Origin: a bacterium
GTDB lineage: Bacteria > Chloroflexota > Limnocylindria > Limnocylindrales > Limnocylindraceae
Direction of reading: 5' to 3'
NCBI GenBank assembly: GCA_037128565.1
Contig: JBAXWE010000002.1
Coordinates: 1 to 51,469 of the forward strand
Length of the DNA: 51,469 bases
The first letter of the stretch is position 1. Each line of letters begins with the position of its first letter. Of this stretch, positions 16,317-25,400 are shown one piece after another. The notes under the pieces are model-generated. The model did not search any database. It was not told where the DNA came from and was given only the letters and a program-made list of their open reading frames with translations. The position numbers and the translations under genes are program-made.

Positions 16317-17363
16317 ATGGAGTTCCAGCGTGCTGATGATGCGCGTCGCCTCTTCTTTGAGATGCCAAAGCCTGAGCTACATCTGCACCTTGACGGATCA
16401 CTGGATCCGACCCTGGCACTTGACTTGGCCGCAACGCGCAACGTTGATGCCCCACGTGATTGGGCAGGCATGCGCGCCGCCCTCGTTGCCCCAGAGCGCT
16501 GTGCCGACCAGGCCGATCTCCTGCGCGCATTCGACCTGCCGATCGCCCTCCTGCAAGATGCCGAGGCGCTCGATCGCGCTGCGGAGCAGCTCGTGCGCAG
16601 CAAGGCGGCAGAGAACGTCGCTTACCTTGAGATGCGGTGGGGCCCACACCTGCACACCGCGAAGGGGCTCACCCAGTCGCAGGTGATCGCGGCGGTCTCG
16701 GCTGGGGCACGGCGCGCAGCAGCCGCAACTGGTATTGAGGTGCGCCTGATTGTGACCGCCCTCCGATCTCACCCACTTGAGGAGAATCGAAACCTCGCTA
16801 CTGCAGCGGTCGCAGCGCAAGATCTCGGCGTCGTCGCATTCGATCTTGCCGGCCGTGAGGCGGCATTCCCTGACCCGCTCACATTCAAAGAGGCGTTCGA
16901 TATCGCACGTAACGGCGGACTTGCCATCACCTTGCATGCGGGGGAGTGGGGCGGCGCTGCGCAGGTGCGCCGCGCGCTTGAGGTGCAACCTTCGCGCATC
17001 GCCCATGGTGGTGTCGCGATAGATGACCCAACCCTTTGCACGGAGCTCGCCGCGCGCAACGTCTCGCTTGATCTCTGCCCGACCAGTAACACCCAAGCCG
17101 CTATCGTTCCAGGCTACGGCGATTTCCCGATGATGGAGCTGCGTCGGCGTGGCGTGCCGGTCACGCTGAACACCGATGACCTCACCGTCAGCGACGTCAC
17201 TCTCTCCGAGGAGTACCTCCATGTGCATCGTCGCCTCGGGCTTCCAGTCTCAGACCTGATTGCCCTGGCTCGTACCGGCTACGAGTTTGCCTTCGCTGAG
17301 CAGGGAACCAAAGTTCGTCTCAGGAACGCCTTTGAGTCGTGGCTCTTGCAGCGGGGTTTGTAA
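16317..17363 (+). CDS. add: Adenosine deaminase
   Basis: Motifs ELHLHLDGSL, TLHAGE and TLNTDD. Start chosen at the ATG at 16317, preceded by GGAGGGGAG; the ORF-track GTG at 16281 is an alternative. Confidence 0.92.
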   Translation: MEFQRADDARRLFFEMPKPELHLHLDGSLDPTLALDLAATRNVDAPRDWAGMRAALVAPERCADQADLLRAFDLPIALLQDAEALDRAAEQLVRSKAAENVAYLEMRWGPHLHTAKGLTQSQVIAAVSAGARRAAAATGIEVRLIVTALRSHPLEENRNLATAAVAAQDLGVVAFDLAGREAAFPDPLTFKEAFDIARNGGLAITLHAGEWGGAAQVRRALEVQPSRIAHGGVAIDDPTLCTELAARNVSLDLCPTSNTQAAIVPGYGDFPMMELRRRGVPVTLNTDDLTVSDVTLSEEYLHVHRRLGLPVSDLIALARTGYEFAFAEQGTKVRLRNAFESWLLQRGL

Positions 17364-17513
17364 CAGAGCCACCATCCCGCCCCGCTACCAAATCGCAATC
17401 CGTGCGCATCTCGCGCCGTTATGAGGCACAATGCCGCCACGGTCAGCGAATGGCTGGCCCGCTCGTCGCCGTGGGCGTCTGAGCAAAAGGAATTAGCGGA
17501 GGGCTACATACAT

Positions 17514-18620
17514 ATGAAGACGCGAATGTTCGCGCTCCTCACCGTACTTGCTCTTCTCGCCGCAGCGTGCGGTGGTTCGACGGCTTCGCCGTCAGCCTCC
17601 GTCGATGCCGGGAAGGCCCAGTACAAGGCATGCCTCTCGTTGGACACGGGTGGACCTGCCGACAAGAACTTCAACCAGTCAGCATACGAGGGACTTCTGT
17701 CGCTCAAGGCTGATGGGTTCGATACGGCCTACACGACCGCCGTTGATGATTCGTCGTACGCGCCGAACATTCAGCAGTTGATCGACCAGGGCTGCAAGAC
17801 CGTCATCGCCGTCGGCTACAACCAGGGCACCGCCCTGCAGGCAGCCGTCGTCGATCCAGCCAATGCCGCAATTGCATTCGGTTGGGTAGACGCAACGTGG
17901 ACCCTCGAAGATGGCACGATTCCGGCGAACTTCACCGGTATCGACTTCCAGATCGACGAGGCTTCGATGCTCGCCGCCTACTTGGCAGCTGGCATCTCGA
18001 AGACCCACGTCATCGCCACCTACGGTGGAGCTCCTTATCCTGGCGTAACCAAGTTCATGGATGGCTGGGTCGCCGGCGCCAAGTACTACGCCGAGAAGAA
18101 GAGCGTTGCGACGTCCGTCTTGGGCTGGGATCCAGTTGCCAAGACCGGTACGTTCAACCCAAGCACCTCGCCGTTCAACGACGTGGACTTTGGTAAGACG
18201 ACCGCTGAGTCCTTCATGGGCCAGAACGCTGACGTTGTGCACGCAGTTGCGGGCACCACGGGCAACGGCACCTATCAGGCAATGATGGATGCGGGCAAGT
18301 ACTCGGTCGGGGTGGACCTCGACCAGTGCGTCAGCCTTCCTGAGTATTGCGGAACACTCCTGACCTCGGCACAGAAGAACATCGGTGCTGCAGTAATCAC
18401 GGCAGTGAACTCCAGTTACGCAGGCAAACTGGGCGGCACCAACTACGTTGGTACGCTCAAGAACGGTGGCGTTCAGATCGCCACGCTCGATCGCACCGAG
18501 GCTGCATGGACTGCAACCTTCGGCACGCTCGTAACCGCTGAGCTCAAGGCAGAGGTCGAGGCCCTAAAGGCCGCGATCATTGACGGCTCGGTGGTCGTTC
18601 TGGATTACGCAAAGAAGTAA
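17514..18620 (+). CDS. BMP-family (PnrA/NupN-like) nucleoside-binding ABC transporter lipoprotein
   Basis: Start at MKTRMFALLTVLALLAAACGG (signal peptide plus lipobox) preceded by GGAGGG. BMP-like body (KACLSLDTGGPADKNFNQSAYEG, GVDLDQ). Confidence 0.85.
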   Translation: MKTRMFALLTVLALLAAACGGSTASPSASVDAGKAQYKACLSLDTGGPADKNFNQSAYEGLLSLKADGFDTAYTTAVDDSSYAPNIQQLIDQGCKTVIAVGYNQGTALQAAVVDPANAAIAFGWVDATWTLEDGTIPANFTGIDFQIDEASMLAAYLAAGISKTHVIATYGGAPYPGVTKFMDGWVAGAKYYAEKKSVATSVLGWDPVAKTGTFNPSTSPFNDVDFGKTTAESFMGQNADVVHAVAGTTGNGTYQAMMDAGKYSVGVDLDQCVSLPEYCGTLLTSAQKNIGAAVITAVNSSYAGKLGGTNYVGTLKNGGVQIATLDRTEAAWTATFGTLVTAELKAEVEALKAAIIDGSVVVLDYAKK

Positions 18621-18658
18621 GTACTACCCCATCGCATTAGCGGTGAAGTAGTGGCTCT

Positions 18659-18686
18659 CCGCCCGGATGCTTCGGCATCCGGGCGG
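18659..18686 (+). promoter_or_regulatory. Perfect 12-bp GC-rich hairpin with a UUCG tetraloop inside the transporter operon
   Basis: CCGCCCGGATGC-TTCG-GCATCCGGGCGG, 39 nt after the binding-protein stop and 50 nt before the ATPase start. No T-tract follows. Confidence 0.7.
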
Positions 18687-18735
18687 AAGAGTATCTCTGG
18701 CAATACAGCGGCAGAGTAGGGAGGGTACGCGTCGT

Positions 18736-20244
18736 ATGAGGCTTGAACTGCAAAAGATTACGAAGCAGTTCCCTGGCGTTCTCGCAAACGACCGCATCTC
18801 CATCTCCGTTGACAAGGGGCAGGTCCTCGGCCTTCTCGGCGAGAACGGCGCAGGGAAGACCACCCTCATGAACATCCTCTCGGGTCTCTACCGACCCGAC
18901 TCCGGCAAAATTCTTATTGACGGCAAGGAGCGCGTCTTCCGCGATCCCGCCCAGGCAATTGACGCCGGTATTGGCATGGTGCACCAGCACTTCATGCTCG
19001 TCCCCGTCTTTGACGTCACAGAATCCGTTGTTCTCGGCAACGAGCCAACCAAGGGTCCACTCGGCAGCTTTGATCGAGCGACTGCGCGTGCGCAGGTTGT
19101 TGAGCTCTCAAAGAAGCATGGCCTCCACGTAGACCCAGACGCAAAGATTGAATCACTCCCAGTTGGTGTCCGCCAGCGCGTCGAAATCCTGAAAGCGCTC
19201 TACCGAAAGAGCGACATTTTGGTTCTTGACGAGCCGTCAGCGGTACTCACCCCACAGGAGACGGAGGAGCTCTTCGACATCATTCGTGGGCTCGCTAAGG
19301 GCGGCACCTCGGTGATCTTCATTACCCACAAACTGAACGAAGTCATTGCGGTTGCCGACAAGATCACCGTGCTTCGTCGCGGTGCCGTCGCAGGCGAGAC
19401 AACCCCGAAGAAGGCGACCGCTGCCATGCTCGCCGAGATGATGGTAGGTCGCGAGGTGCAGCTCACCGTTAGCCGCTCGAAGTCAAAGGTTGCGGAGCCA
19501 ATCTTGCAGGTGCAGGGGCTGAACGTCCTTAACGACGCGGGTGGCCTCGCCGTCAACGATGCAACCTTTGAAGTTCGCAGTGGCGAAATCTTGGCCGTGG
19601 CAGGCGTACAGGGAAACGGCCAAACCGAGTTGGTGGAGGCCCTTACCGGCTTGCGACTCGTCGATTCAGGGACCGTCATGTTAGAGAAGAGGGCACTTCA
19701 CGCCGGTTCCCCACGCGAGATCGCGATGGCTGGGGTTGCCCACATCCCTGAAGACCGCAATCGCGACGGCATGATCAAGGGGATGACGGTCGCCGAAAAT
19801 TACATCCTCAACACCTACCACCTGCCGGAGTACAGCAAGAACGGACTGCTGAACCGCAAGGCGATTACGGCCGCAACTGAGAAGGCTGTTAAGGACTTTG
19901 ACGTTCGAACGCCATCCATCAATACCGACATCGGTTCCCTCTCCGGGGGCAACCAGCAGAAGGTGATCGTTGCGCGCGAGTTCAGCCGCAGCGTGCGGCT
20001 TGTGATCGCCGCGCAGCCAACGCGCGGACTCGATGTCGGCTCCATTGAATACATTCACCGGCGCATCGTTGAGCAGCGAGATGCGGGCGCTGCGGTGCTG
20101 ATTGTGAGCACCGAGCTCGACGAAGTGCTCGCGCTCGGCGACCGAGTCGCTGTGATGTACGAGGGTCGAATCGTGGGCATTCTGGATGCTAAAGAGGCAA
20201 CGCGTGAGCGAGTCGGCCTTCTAATGGGAGGTATCACCAAGTGA
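18736..20244 (+). CDS. ABC transporter ATP-binding protein, duplicated ATPase (NupO/RbsA-like)
   Basis: Motifs GENGAGKTT, VLDEPSAVL and a second half with LSGGNQQK. Start at the ATG at 18736 (MRLELQKITKQF), preceded by GGGAGGG. Confidence 0.9.
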   Translation: MRLELQKITKQFPGVLANDRISISVDKGQVLGLLGENGAGKTTLMNILSGLYRPDSGKILIDGKERVFRDPAQAIDAGIGMVHQHFMLVPVFDVTESVVLGNEPTKGPLGSFDRATARAQVVELSKKHGLHVDPDAKIESLPVGVRQRVEILKALYRKSDILVLDEPSAVLTPQETEELFDIIRGLAKGGTSVIFITHKLNEVIAVADKITVLRRGAVAGETTPKKATAAMLAEMMVGREVQLTVSRSKSKVAEPILQVQGLNVLNDAGGLAVNDATFEVRSGEILAVAGVQGNGQTELVEALTGLRLVDSGTVMLEKRALHAGSPREIAMAGVAHIPEDRNRDGMIKGMTVAENYILNTYHLPEYSKNGLLNRKAITAATEKAVKDFDVRTPSINTDIGSLSGGNQQKVIVAREFSRSVRLVIAAQPTRGLDVGSIEYIHRRIVEQRDAGAAVLIVSTELDEVLALGDRVAVMYEGRIVGILDAKEATRERVGLLMGGITK

Positions 20245-21437
20245 GCGCCCTTAAGAAATTTGGTGCCAAGGTACGGGTGCCAGCACTCTCCATCTCTGTC
20301 GCGCTCCTTGTGGGCGCGCTCTTCATCATCTTCACTGACCTTGAAGTGCTCGGAAAACTACTCTCCGATCCAATCGGTGCTCTTAGCCTCGGCGTTGGCC
20401 GCGCGGCGGTCGCATACAGTGCGCTCTTCCGTGGTGCCTTTGGTGATCCAGCCACAATTGAAAAGGCCTTCGCCTCAAACGGCGACATTCAGGTTTGGGC
20501 ACGAGCACTGCGCCCAATCGTCGAGAGCGTCGTCGCGTCAGTCCCGCTGATCTTCGTGGGCCTTGGCGTCTCTGTCGCCTTCCGCACCGGCATCTTTAAT
20601 ATCGGTGGCGCTGGCCAGTTCACCATGGGCGCCGTCGGTGGCACGCTAGCGGCACTCTTCTTTGGCGGTGGCGTGACCCCTGCTCCCGTGGCTATCTTCT
20701 TGGTGATGCTCTTCGGCCTGATTGGTGGAGCGGCATGGGCCTTCCTTCCTGGCTTCCTGAAGGCGCGCGTTGGTGCCAGCGAAGTGATCACGACGATCAT
20801 GCTCAACTTCATTGCTGGGCAGTTCGTCTTCTTCCTCGTCTCTAACTTTGAATTCATTCAGAAGCCGCCACGGATTCAGCCTGTCTCCAAGGAGCTGAGC
20901 CAATTCGTAGATCTCCCTGGAATCTTGCCGATTGCCAGCCTTCGGCTCGACATTGGCATCATCGTCGCTCTTCTGACCGCGGTGGCTGTTAGCTGGTTCC
21001 TCTTCCGGTCTACCCGCGGCTTTGAGCTGCGCGCGGCTGGCCTCAATATCGCTGCCGCCAAGTACGCCGGCATGGGGGCTGCAACGTCAATCATCACCGC
21101 GATGCTCATCTCGGGCGCCATTTCGGGCCTGGGCGGCGCAATCGTTGCAGTTGGCACCGTGAAGCAACTATCGCCAGGGATCGCAGGGAGTGTCGGCTTC
21201 ACCGCCATTGCGATCGCGCTGGTTGGTGGAACCCGACCCAGTGGCGTCGTCGCCACAGCGTTGGTCTTCGGGCTACTGCAGCACGGCGGCGGCCTGATGC
21301 AGGTGCAGACGGGCATTCCAATCGAGATGCTCCTCTTTATCCAGGCCCTGGTCATCGCCTTTATCGCTGCGCCTGACCTTACCCTTGGAATCTTGAAGAA
21401 TCCATTCCGCCGACGCCCTCGCGCGGTGGCGAAGTGA
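20241..21437 (+). CDS. ABC transporter permease (NupP-like)
   Basis: 398 aa, polytopic. GTGA overlap with the ATPase stop. Confidence 0.85.
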   Translation: MSALKKFGAKVRVPALSISVALLVGALFIIFTDLEVLGKLLSDPIGALSLGVGRAAVAYSALFRGAFGDPATIEKAFASNGDIQVWARALRPIVESVVASVPLIFVGLGVSVAFRTGIFNIGGAGQFTMGAVGGTLAALFFGGGVTPAPVAIFLVMLFGLIGGAAWAFLPGFLKARVGASEVITTIMLNFIAGQFVFFLVSNFEFIQKPPRIQPVSKELSQFVDLPGILPIASLRLDIGIIVALLTAVAVSWFLFRSTRGFELRAAGLNIAAAKYAGMGAATSIITAMLISGAISGLGGAIVAVGTVKQLSPGIAGSVGFTAIAIALVGGTRPSGVVATALVFGLLQHGGGLMQVQTGIPIEMLLFIQALVIAFIAAPDLTLGILKNPFRRRPRAVAK

Positions 21438-22786
21438 CTACGCGAGGAGGCAAGGTGAATACGAAGAAGAAGCCAGCGGCACCATCGCGATCTAAGGTTG
21501 CGCCAACCAGCGCTGCAACACGAGGCCGCACGGTCGCTGTGGGCGACGGAGCGGATGCTCATCAGCAGTTTGTCGCGTCGCGCGTGCGCGCCGGCCTCTT
21601 CGCCTTCTTCACGCTGCTCTCGTTTGCAATCACCTCAGGCTCTGCGGGGGTTGAGGGGAAATTCTCGTTCTGGGCCGACAAGGTCGGCGGCACTGATATC
21701 TCGTTCTCTCTCCCTGTCGCCCTGCTCTGGGCTGCCGTCACAGCGGGGTTTGGCCTGATGACCGTCCTGCAGTTCGTTCGTGGTGCTTCATTCAAGTGGC
21801 GCCTTGCCATTGGACTTGTTTCGCCGATTCTGGTGTTTGCACTCCTTGCGCGGCTCCTCGACGGCACCACGGCAAACCTCACCGTCTTCTTTACCAGCAC
21901 GCTGAGCTATGCCATCCCTGTCGGCATCGGCGCACTTGCAGGCATCGTCGCCGAACGCAGCGGTTTCCTGAACATCGCCATCGAGGGGAAGCTCCTATTT
22001 GGCGCAATGATTGGCTCAATCGCGTCGAGCGTCACTGGGATTGCCATCGCCGGCCCGATTGCTGGTGCAATCTTCGGCGCGGGGGTGAGCCTCTTCCTCG
22101 CCTGGCTCGGTATCCGCTACAAGGTCGATCAGATCATTGCTGGCACCGTCATCAACATTGGCGCTGTGGGCGTGACCACGTTCGCCTACCTGCGCGTCTT
22201 GCAGCCGCATAGCGAGTTCAATCGCCCAATTGGCATCAGCCCAATTCAGATCCCTGTGCTCTCACAGATTCCAATCCTTGGGCCAATCCTCTTCTCACTG
22301 AGCCCGTATTTCTATCTCTCTGTTGGGCTTGTGCTCTTCTTCACCTACATGATCTATCGCACGCGTTGGGGCCTTAGGCTTCGTGCCGCAGGTGAACAGC
22401 CGAACGCCGCGGGTACGGTTGGCATTGACGTGGTCAAGCTCCGCTATCGCGCCATGCTGATTGCCGGGCTCTTGGCAGGCTTTGCCGGCAGTTATATTTC
22501 GCTGAGCGGAACTGGCGGGTTCGGCGTGAACACCAGCGCCGGCAAAGGCTTCATCGCTCTTGCCGCAGTGATCTTCGGCGCATGGAATCCAATCTATGCC
22601 TTTGGCGCGTCACTGATCTTCGGTATGACCACTGCCGCTACCACGCTCCTGTCGGGGCTCGGCGTTTCACTGCCACCGCAGATTCTGCTCTCGATGCCGT
22701 ACGTTGTAACGATCATCGTTGTTGCCGGACTGATCGGCCGCGTGCGCGCCCCGGCGTCGGCTGGCCGCCCGTACGACCAGGGATAG
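21434..22786 (+). CDS. ABC transporter permease (NupQ-like) with a basic N-terminal extension
   Basis: 450 aa, polytopic. GTGA overlap with the upstream permease. The first about 50 aa are Lys/Arg-rich, so the start is uncertain. Confidence 0.8.
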   Translation: MTTRGGKVNTKKKPAAPSRSKVAPTSAATRGRTVAVGDGADAHQQFVASRVRAGLFAFFTLLSFAITSGSAGVEGKFSFWADKVGGTDISFSLPVALLWAAVTAGFGLMTVLQFVRGASFKWRLAIGLVSPILVFALLARLLDGTTANLTVFFTSTLSYAIPVGIGALAGIVAERSGFLNIAIEGKLLFGAMIGSIASSVTGIAIAGPIAGAIFGAGVSLFLAWLGIRYKVDQIIAGTVINIGAVGVTTFAYLRVLQPHSEFNRPIGISPIQIPVLSQIPILGPILFSLSPYFYLSVGLVLFFTYMIYRTRWGLRLRAAGEQPNAAGTVGIDVVKLRYRAMLIAGLLAGFAGSYISLSGTGGFGVNTSAGKGFIALAAVIFGAWNPIYAFGASLIFGMTTAATTLLSGLGVSLPPQILLSMPYVVTIIVVAGLIGRVRAPASAGRPYDQG

Positions 22787-22798
22787 GGCGCTGACCCG

Positions 22799-23827
22799 GT
22801 GAGCAACCAATCGGTGCTTGGTTGGCCAACCTTCCATCACGCAAAGCTCACGTCGCGAACGGCACCGTTTGGCACCGTTGCCAAGCCGCTACCACTCATC
22901 ATCGATAGCGACCCTGGCCTTGACGACGCGCTGGCGATCGCCTGCGCAGTTGTTCGTCCCGAGATCAACCTTCTCGCGGTGACGAGCGTTGGTGGGAACG
23001 CCGACGTGCACCACTGCACTGAGAACGCCTTGCGCTTGCTCCATCTCTACGGCGCGGACGACGTGCCGGTTGCGGAAGGCGCGGTTGGCCCACTCGCTGG
23101 GCCGCTCGAGCGCGCCACCGAAGTGCATGGCGAGGGAGGGCTTGGCAACACCAAGCTACCGAAGGCTCCGCGCACCGCTGAGCCAGAGGGTGCTGTTGCA
23201 CTAATGGCACGCATCTTGGCTGCCTCGTCAGAGCCGGTCGCGATTGCGCCGATCGGCCCACTCACCAATATCGCGCTGCTCATTCGCTCGTATCCACATC
23301 TTGCGCCGAAGATTTCGCATATCTGCCTGATGGGGGGCTCGGTAGGCGAGGGGAACTCCTCTGCCTCGGCGGAGTTCAACATCTATGCCGACCCGACGGC
23401 CGCTGAGATCGTCTTCAACAGCGGACTGCCAATCACGATGATCGGCCTCGATGTAACCCACCACGCGATTCTGGATCGCTCGATCCTTGACCGTCTTGCG
23501 GCGCTTCCCGGCGCATCGGCAAAGGTAGCCGCGGAGCTGCTGAAGTTCTCCTTTGACCGCTCCGCCGCCTGGGGCCAAGGCGAGAAGATGGCGATTCACG
23601 ACGCTGTGGCCGTGCTGCACCTTGCCATTCCAGATCTTGTTGGCGTCTCGCGCTATCACGTGGTTGTTGATGCGACGCAGGGGCCAGCACGTGGGCGCAC
23701 CATTGGCGATGCGAATCCGTATCGTCTAAAGCGCGACAATTTGGAGCCAAATTGTGATGTTGGGCTCACCATCGATAGCACGCGATTCGCCGACGAGATG
23801 GTGGAGATCTACTCGAAACTCCCATGA
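22799..23827 (+). CDS. Nucleoside hydrolase (IUNH family), copy 1
   Basis: Contains the N-terminal Asp cluster DSDPGLDDALA (DxDxxxDD), plus AEFNIYADP and HDAVAV. Confidence 0.88.
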   Translation: MSNQSVLGWPTFHHAKLTSRTAPFGTVAKPLPLIIDSDPGLDDALAIACAVVRPEINLLAVTSVGGNADVHHCTENALRLLHLYGADDVPVAEGAVGPLAGPLERATEVHGEGGLGNTKLPKAPRTAEPEGAVALMARILAASSEPVAIAPIGPLTNIALLIRSYPHLAPKISHICLMGGSVGEGNSSASAEFNIYADPTAAEIVFNSGLPITMIGLDVTHHAILDRSILDRLAALPGASAKVAAELLKFSFDRSAAWGQGEKMAIHDAVAVLHLAIPDLVGVSRYHVVVDATQGPARGRTIGDANPYRLKRDNLEPNCDVGLTIDSTRFADEMVEIYSKLP

Positions 23828-24849
23828 GCGAACTGAAGCCGAATCCACTTCCGCTCTCAACGCCGTTTCCACCCTCGCCACGCCGTGCGCCGCTTGGCAC
23901 CGTTGCGAAGCCACTGCCAATCATCATCGACTGCGACCCAGGCCACGATGACGCGATGGCGCTTGCCGTTGCATTTGCCCGTCCAGAACTGAAGGTGCTC
24001 GGCGTTACCGCCGTGGCTGGCAACGCATCACTGCCAAAGACCTACGAAAACTTGCGACGCACCCTTGCGCTTCTCGGCGCAAATGATGTGCGCGTTGCCG
24101 CTGGCGCCGCTGTGCCACTCGTGCGACCACTCTGGGTTGCGCCGTACGTGCACGGCGATTCGGGGCTTGATGGGGCAGAGCTTCCAGAGCCGACCGGCAT
24201 CGAGCATGCCGCAGGCGCAGTGGATTTGATCGCAACGCTGCTTCGTGAAGCGAGTGAGCCGGTGACCCTTGTGCCACTCGGCCCGCTGACCAACATTGCA
24301 ATCTTGCTCCGCGACCACCCTGAGCTGAAGGCAAAGATTGCGCACATCTGCTGGATGGGCGGTGCGATTGCCGAGGGGAACGTTACGGCCTCGGCGGAGT
24401 TCAATTCGTATGTTGATCCTGACGCTGCATCAATTGTGTTCGCTGCCGGAATCCCGATCACCATGGTCTGCCTCGATGCAACGCACCGTGCGCTTACGGG
24501 CGAAGCGGCGATGAAGCGACTTGATGCGGCGGGAACGCTGCCAGCGAAGATCTTCGCCGACCTGCTGCGATTCTATGCAATCTTCCACAAGGATCGGTAC
24601 GACTGGCCAGCATCGGCCGTGCATGATGCGGTGGCGGTGGCACACCTCGCCGTGCCGAACCTACTGGCGCTGGTGCACGCCGCTGTCGACGTTGAGCTCG
24701 GCGATCTTGCTCGTGGCCGAACGATTACCGACTGGTATGGCGATCGCCTTAAGCAGCGAGGACGCACTCCTGACGTCGATGTGGCGGTCGGTGTGGATGC
24801 CGAGGCATTCGATCGCGTTCTGGTCGACGCGATCCTCTCGTTTAAGTAG
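23824..24849 (+). CDS. Nucleoside hydrolase (IUNH family), copy 2
   Basis: Motifs DCDPGHDDAMA, AEFNSYVDP and HDAVAVA. ATGA overlap with copy 1. Confidence 0.88.
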   Translation: MSELKPNPLPLSTPFPPSPRRAPLGTVAKPLPIIIDCDPGHDDAMALAVAFARPELKVLGVTAVAGNASLPKTYENLRRTLALLGANDVRVAAGAAVPLVRPLWVAPYVHGDSGLDGAELPEPTGIEHAAGAVDLIATLLREASEPVTLVPLGPLTNIAILLRDHPELKAKIAHICWMGGAIAEGNVTASAEFNSYVDPDAASIVFAAGIPITMVCLDATHRALTGEAAMKRLDAAGTLPAKIFADLLRFYAIFHKDRYDWPASAVHDAVAVAHLAVPNLLALVHAAVDVELGDLARGRTITDWYGDRLKQRGRTPDVDVAVGVDAEAFDRVLVDAILSFK

Positions 24850-24851
24850 CG

Positions 24852-25325
24852 CTAGATCCGGGCGCGGAGCTCCGCGAGGATCCCTGGGATCGCCGCAGAA
24901 ATTTCTGCGGCCACACGTTCGTACGCGGCCGGCGGATGCCCCCATGGGTCATCGAGATCGCGACCAACGGCAGACGGATCAAAGTCCCTGAGTAGGCGGA
25001 TCTCAGGTTGCCGCTCTGCCATGCGGATGATGGCGCGACCATTCCGAAGATTTGCCTGGTCGGCGGCAAATACCAGATCATGTGCCGCTGCCATCGCTGG
25101 CGTGAAGAGGCGTGCCTGATGGGCGCTGCGCAGGCCCCGGGCGCTGAGCAGCGCGGCACTAGTCGGATGCATCCCTTCGCCAGTGTGCTCATCGGAGGTG
25201 CCAGCGCTGGAGACCGCCACGTGTCCAGCGAGGAGCGGATCAGCACTGATTGCTGCCTCAATGAGCACCTCGGCCAGGGGGGAGCGGCAGATGTTGCCGT
25301 GGCAGAGGGCGAGGATTCGAAGCAT
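24852..25325 (-). CDS. Low-molecular-weight protein tyrosine phosphatase
   Basis: P-loop CHGNICRS (CX5R-S) at the N-terminus and a DPW general-acid motif (DLDDPWG). Confidence 0.88.
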   Translation of the reverse strand: MLRILALCHGNICRSPLAEVLIEAAISADPLLAGHVAVSSAGTSDEHTGEGMHPTSAALLSARGLRSAHQARLFTPAMAAAHDLVFAADQANLRNGRAIIRMAERQPEIRLLRDFDPSAVGRDLDDPWGHPPAAYERVAAEISAAIPGILAELRARI

Positions 25326-25330
25326 CCTCG

Positions 25331-25368
25331 GAGCCTAGCGGATCGCCTCTCTGGCGGGCTCTAGGCTC
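25331..25368. repeat. Inverted repeat GAGCCTAG-N22-CTAGGCTC with an inner CGCC/GGCG pair
   Basis: 8-bp perfect arms (25331-25338 and 25361-25368). Each arm contains a TAGGCT box pointing outward. Confidence 0.6.
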
Positions 25369-25393
25369 GTGGTGCGTGGGGGAGCCGCGTTCG

Positions 25394-25400
25394 GTATCCT
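25394..25400. promoter_or_regulatory. TATCCTA heptamer: candidate -10 box for the tRNA (plus) and a TAGGAT box on the minus strand
   Basis: TATCCT ends 13 nt before the mature tRNA 5' end. The heptamer is the reverse complement of TAGGATA at 8623-8629. Confidence 0.4.

Noticed and set aside
17421-17513. An in-frame 31-codon upstream extension of the BMP lipoprotein gene, or a possible uORF.
   Set aside because: The extension would bury the signal peptide and lipobox, and the internal ATG (17514) has a good SD (GGAGGG). I found no independent evidence for a separate uORF.
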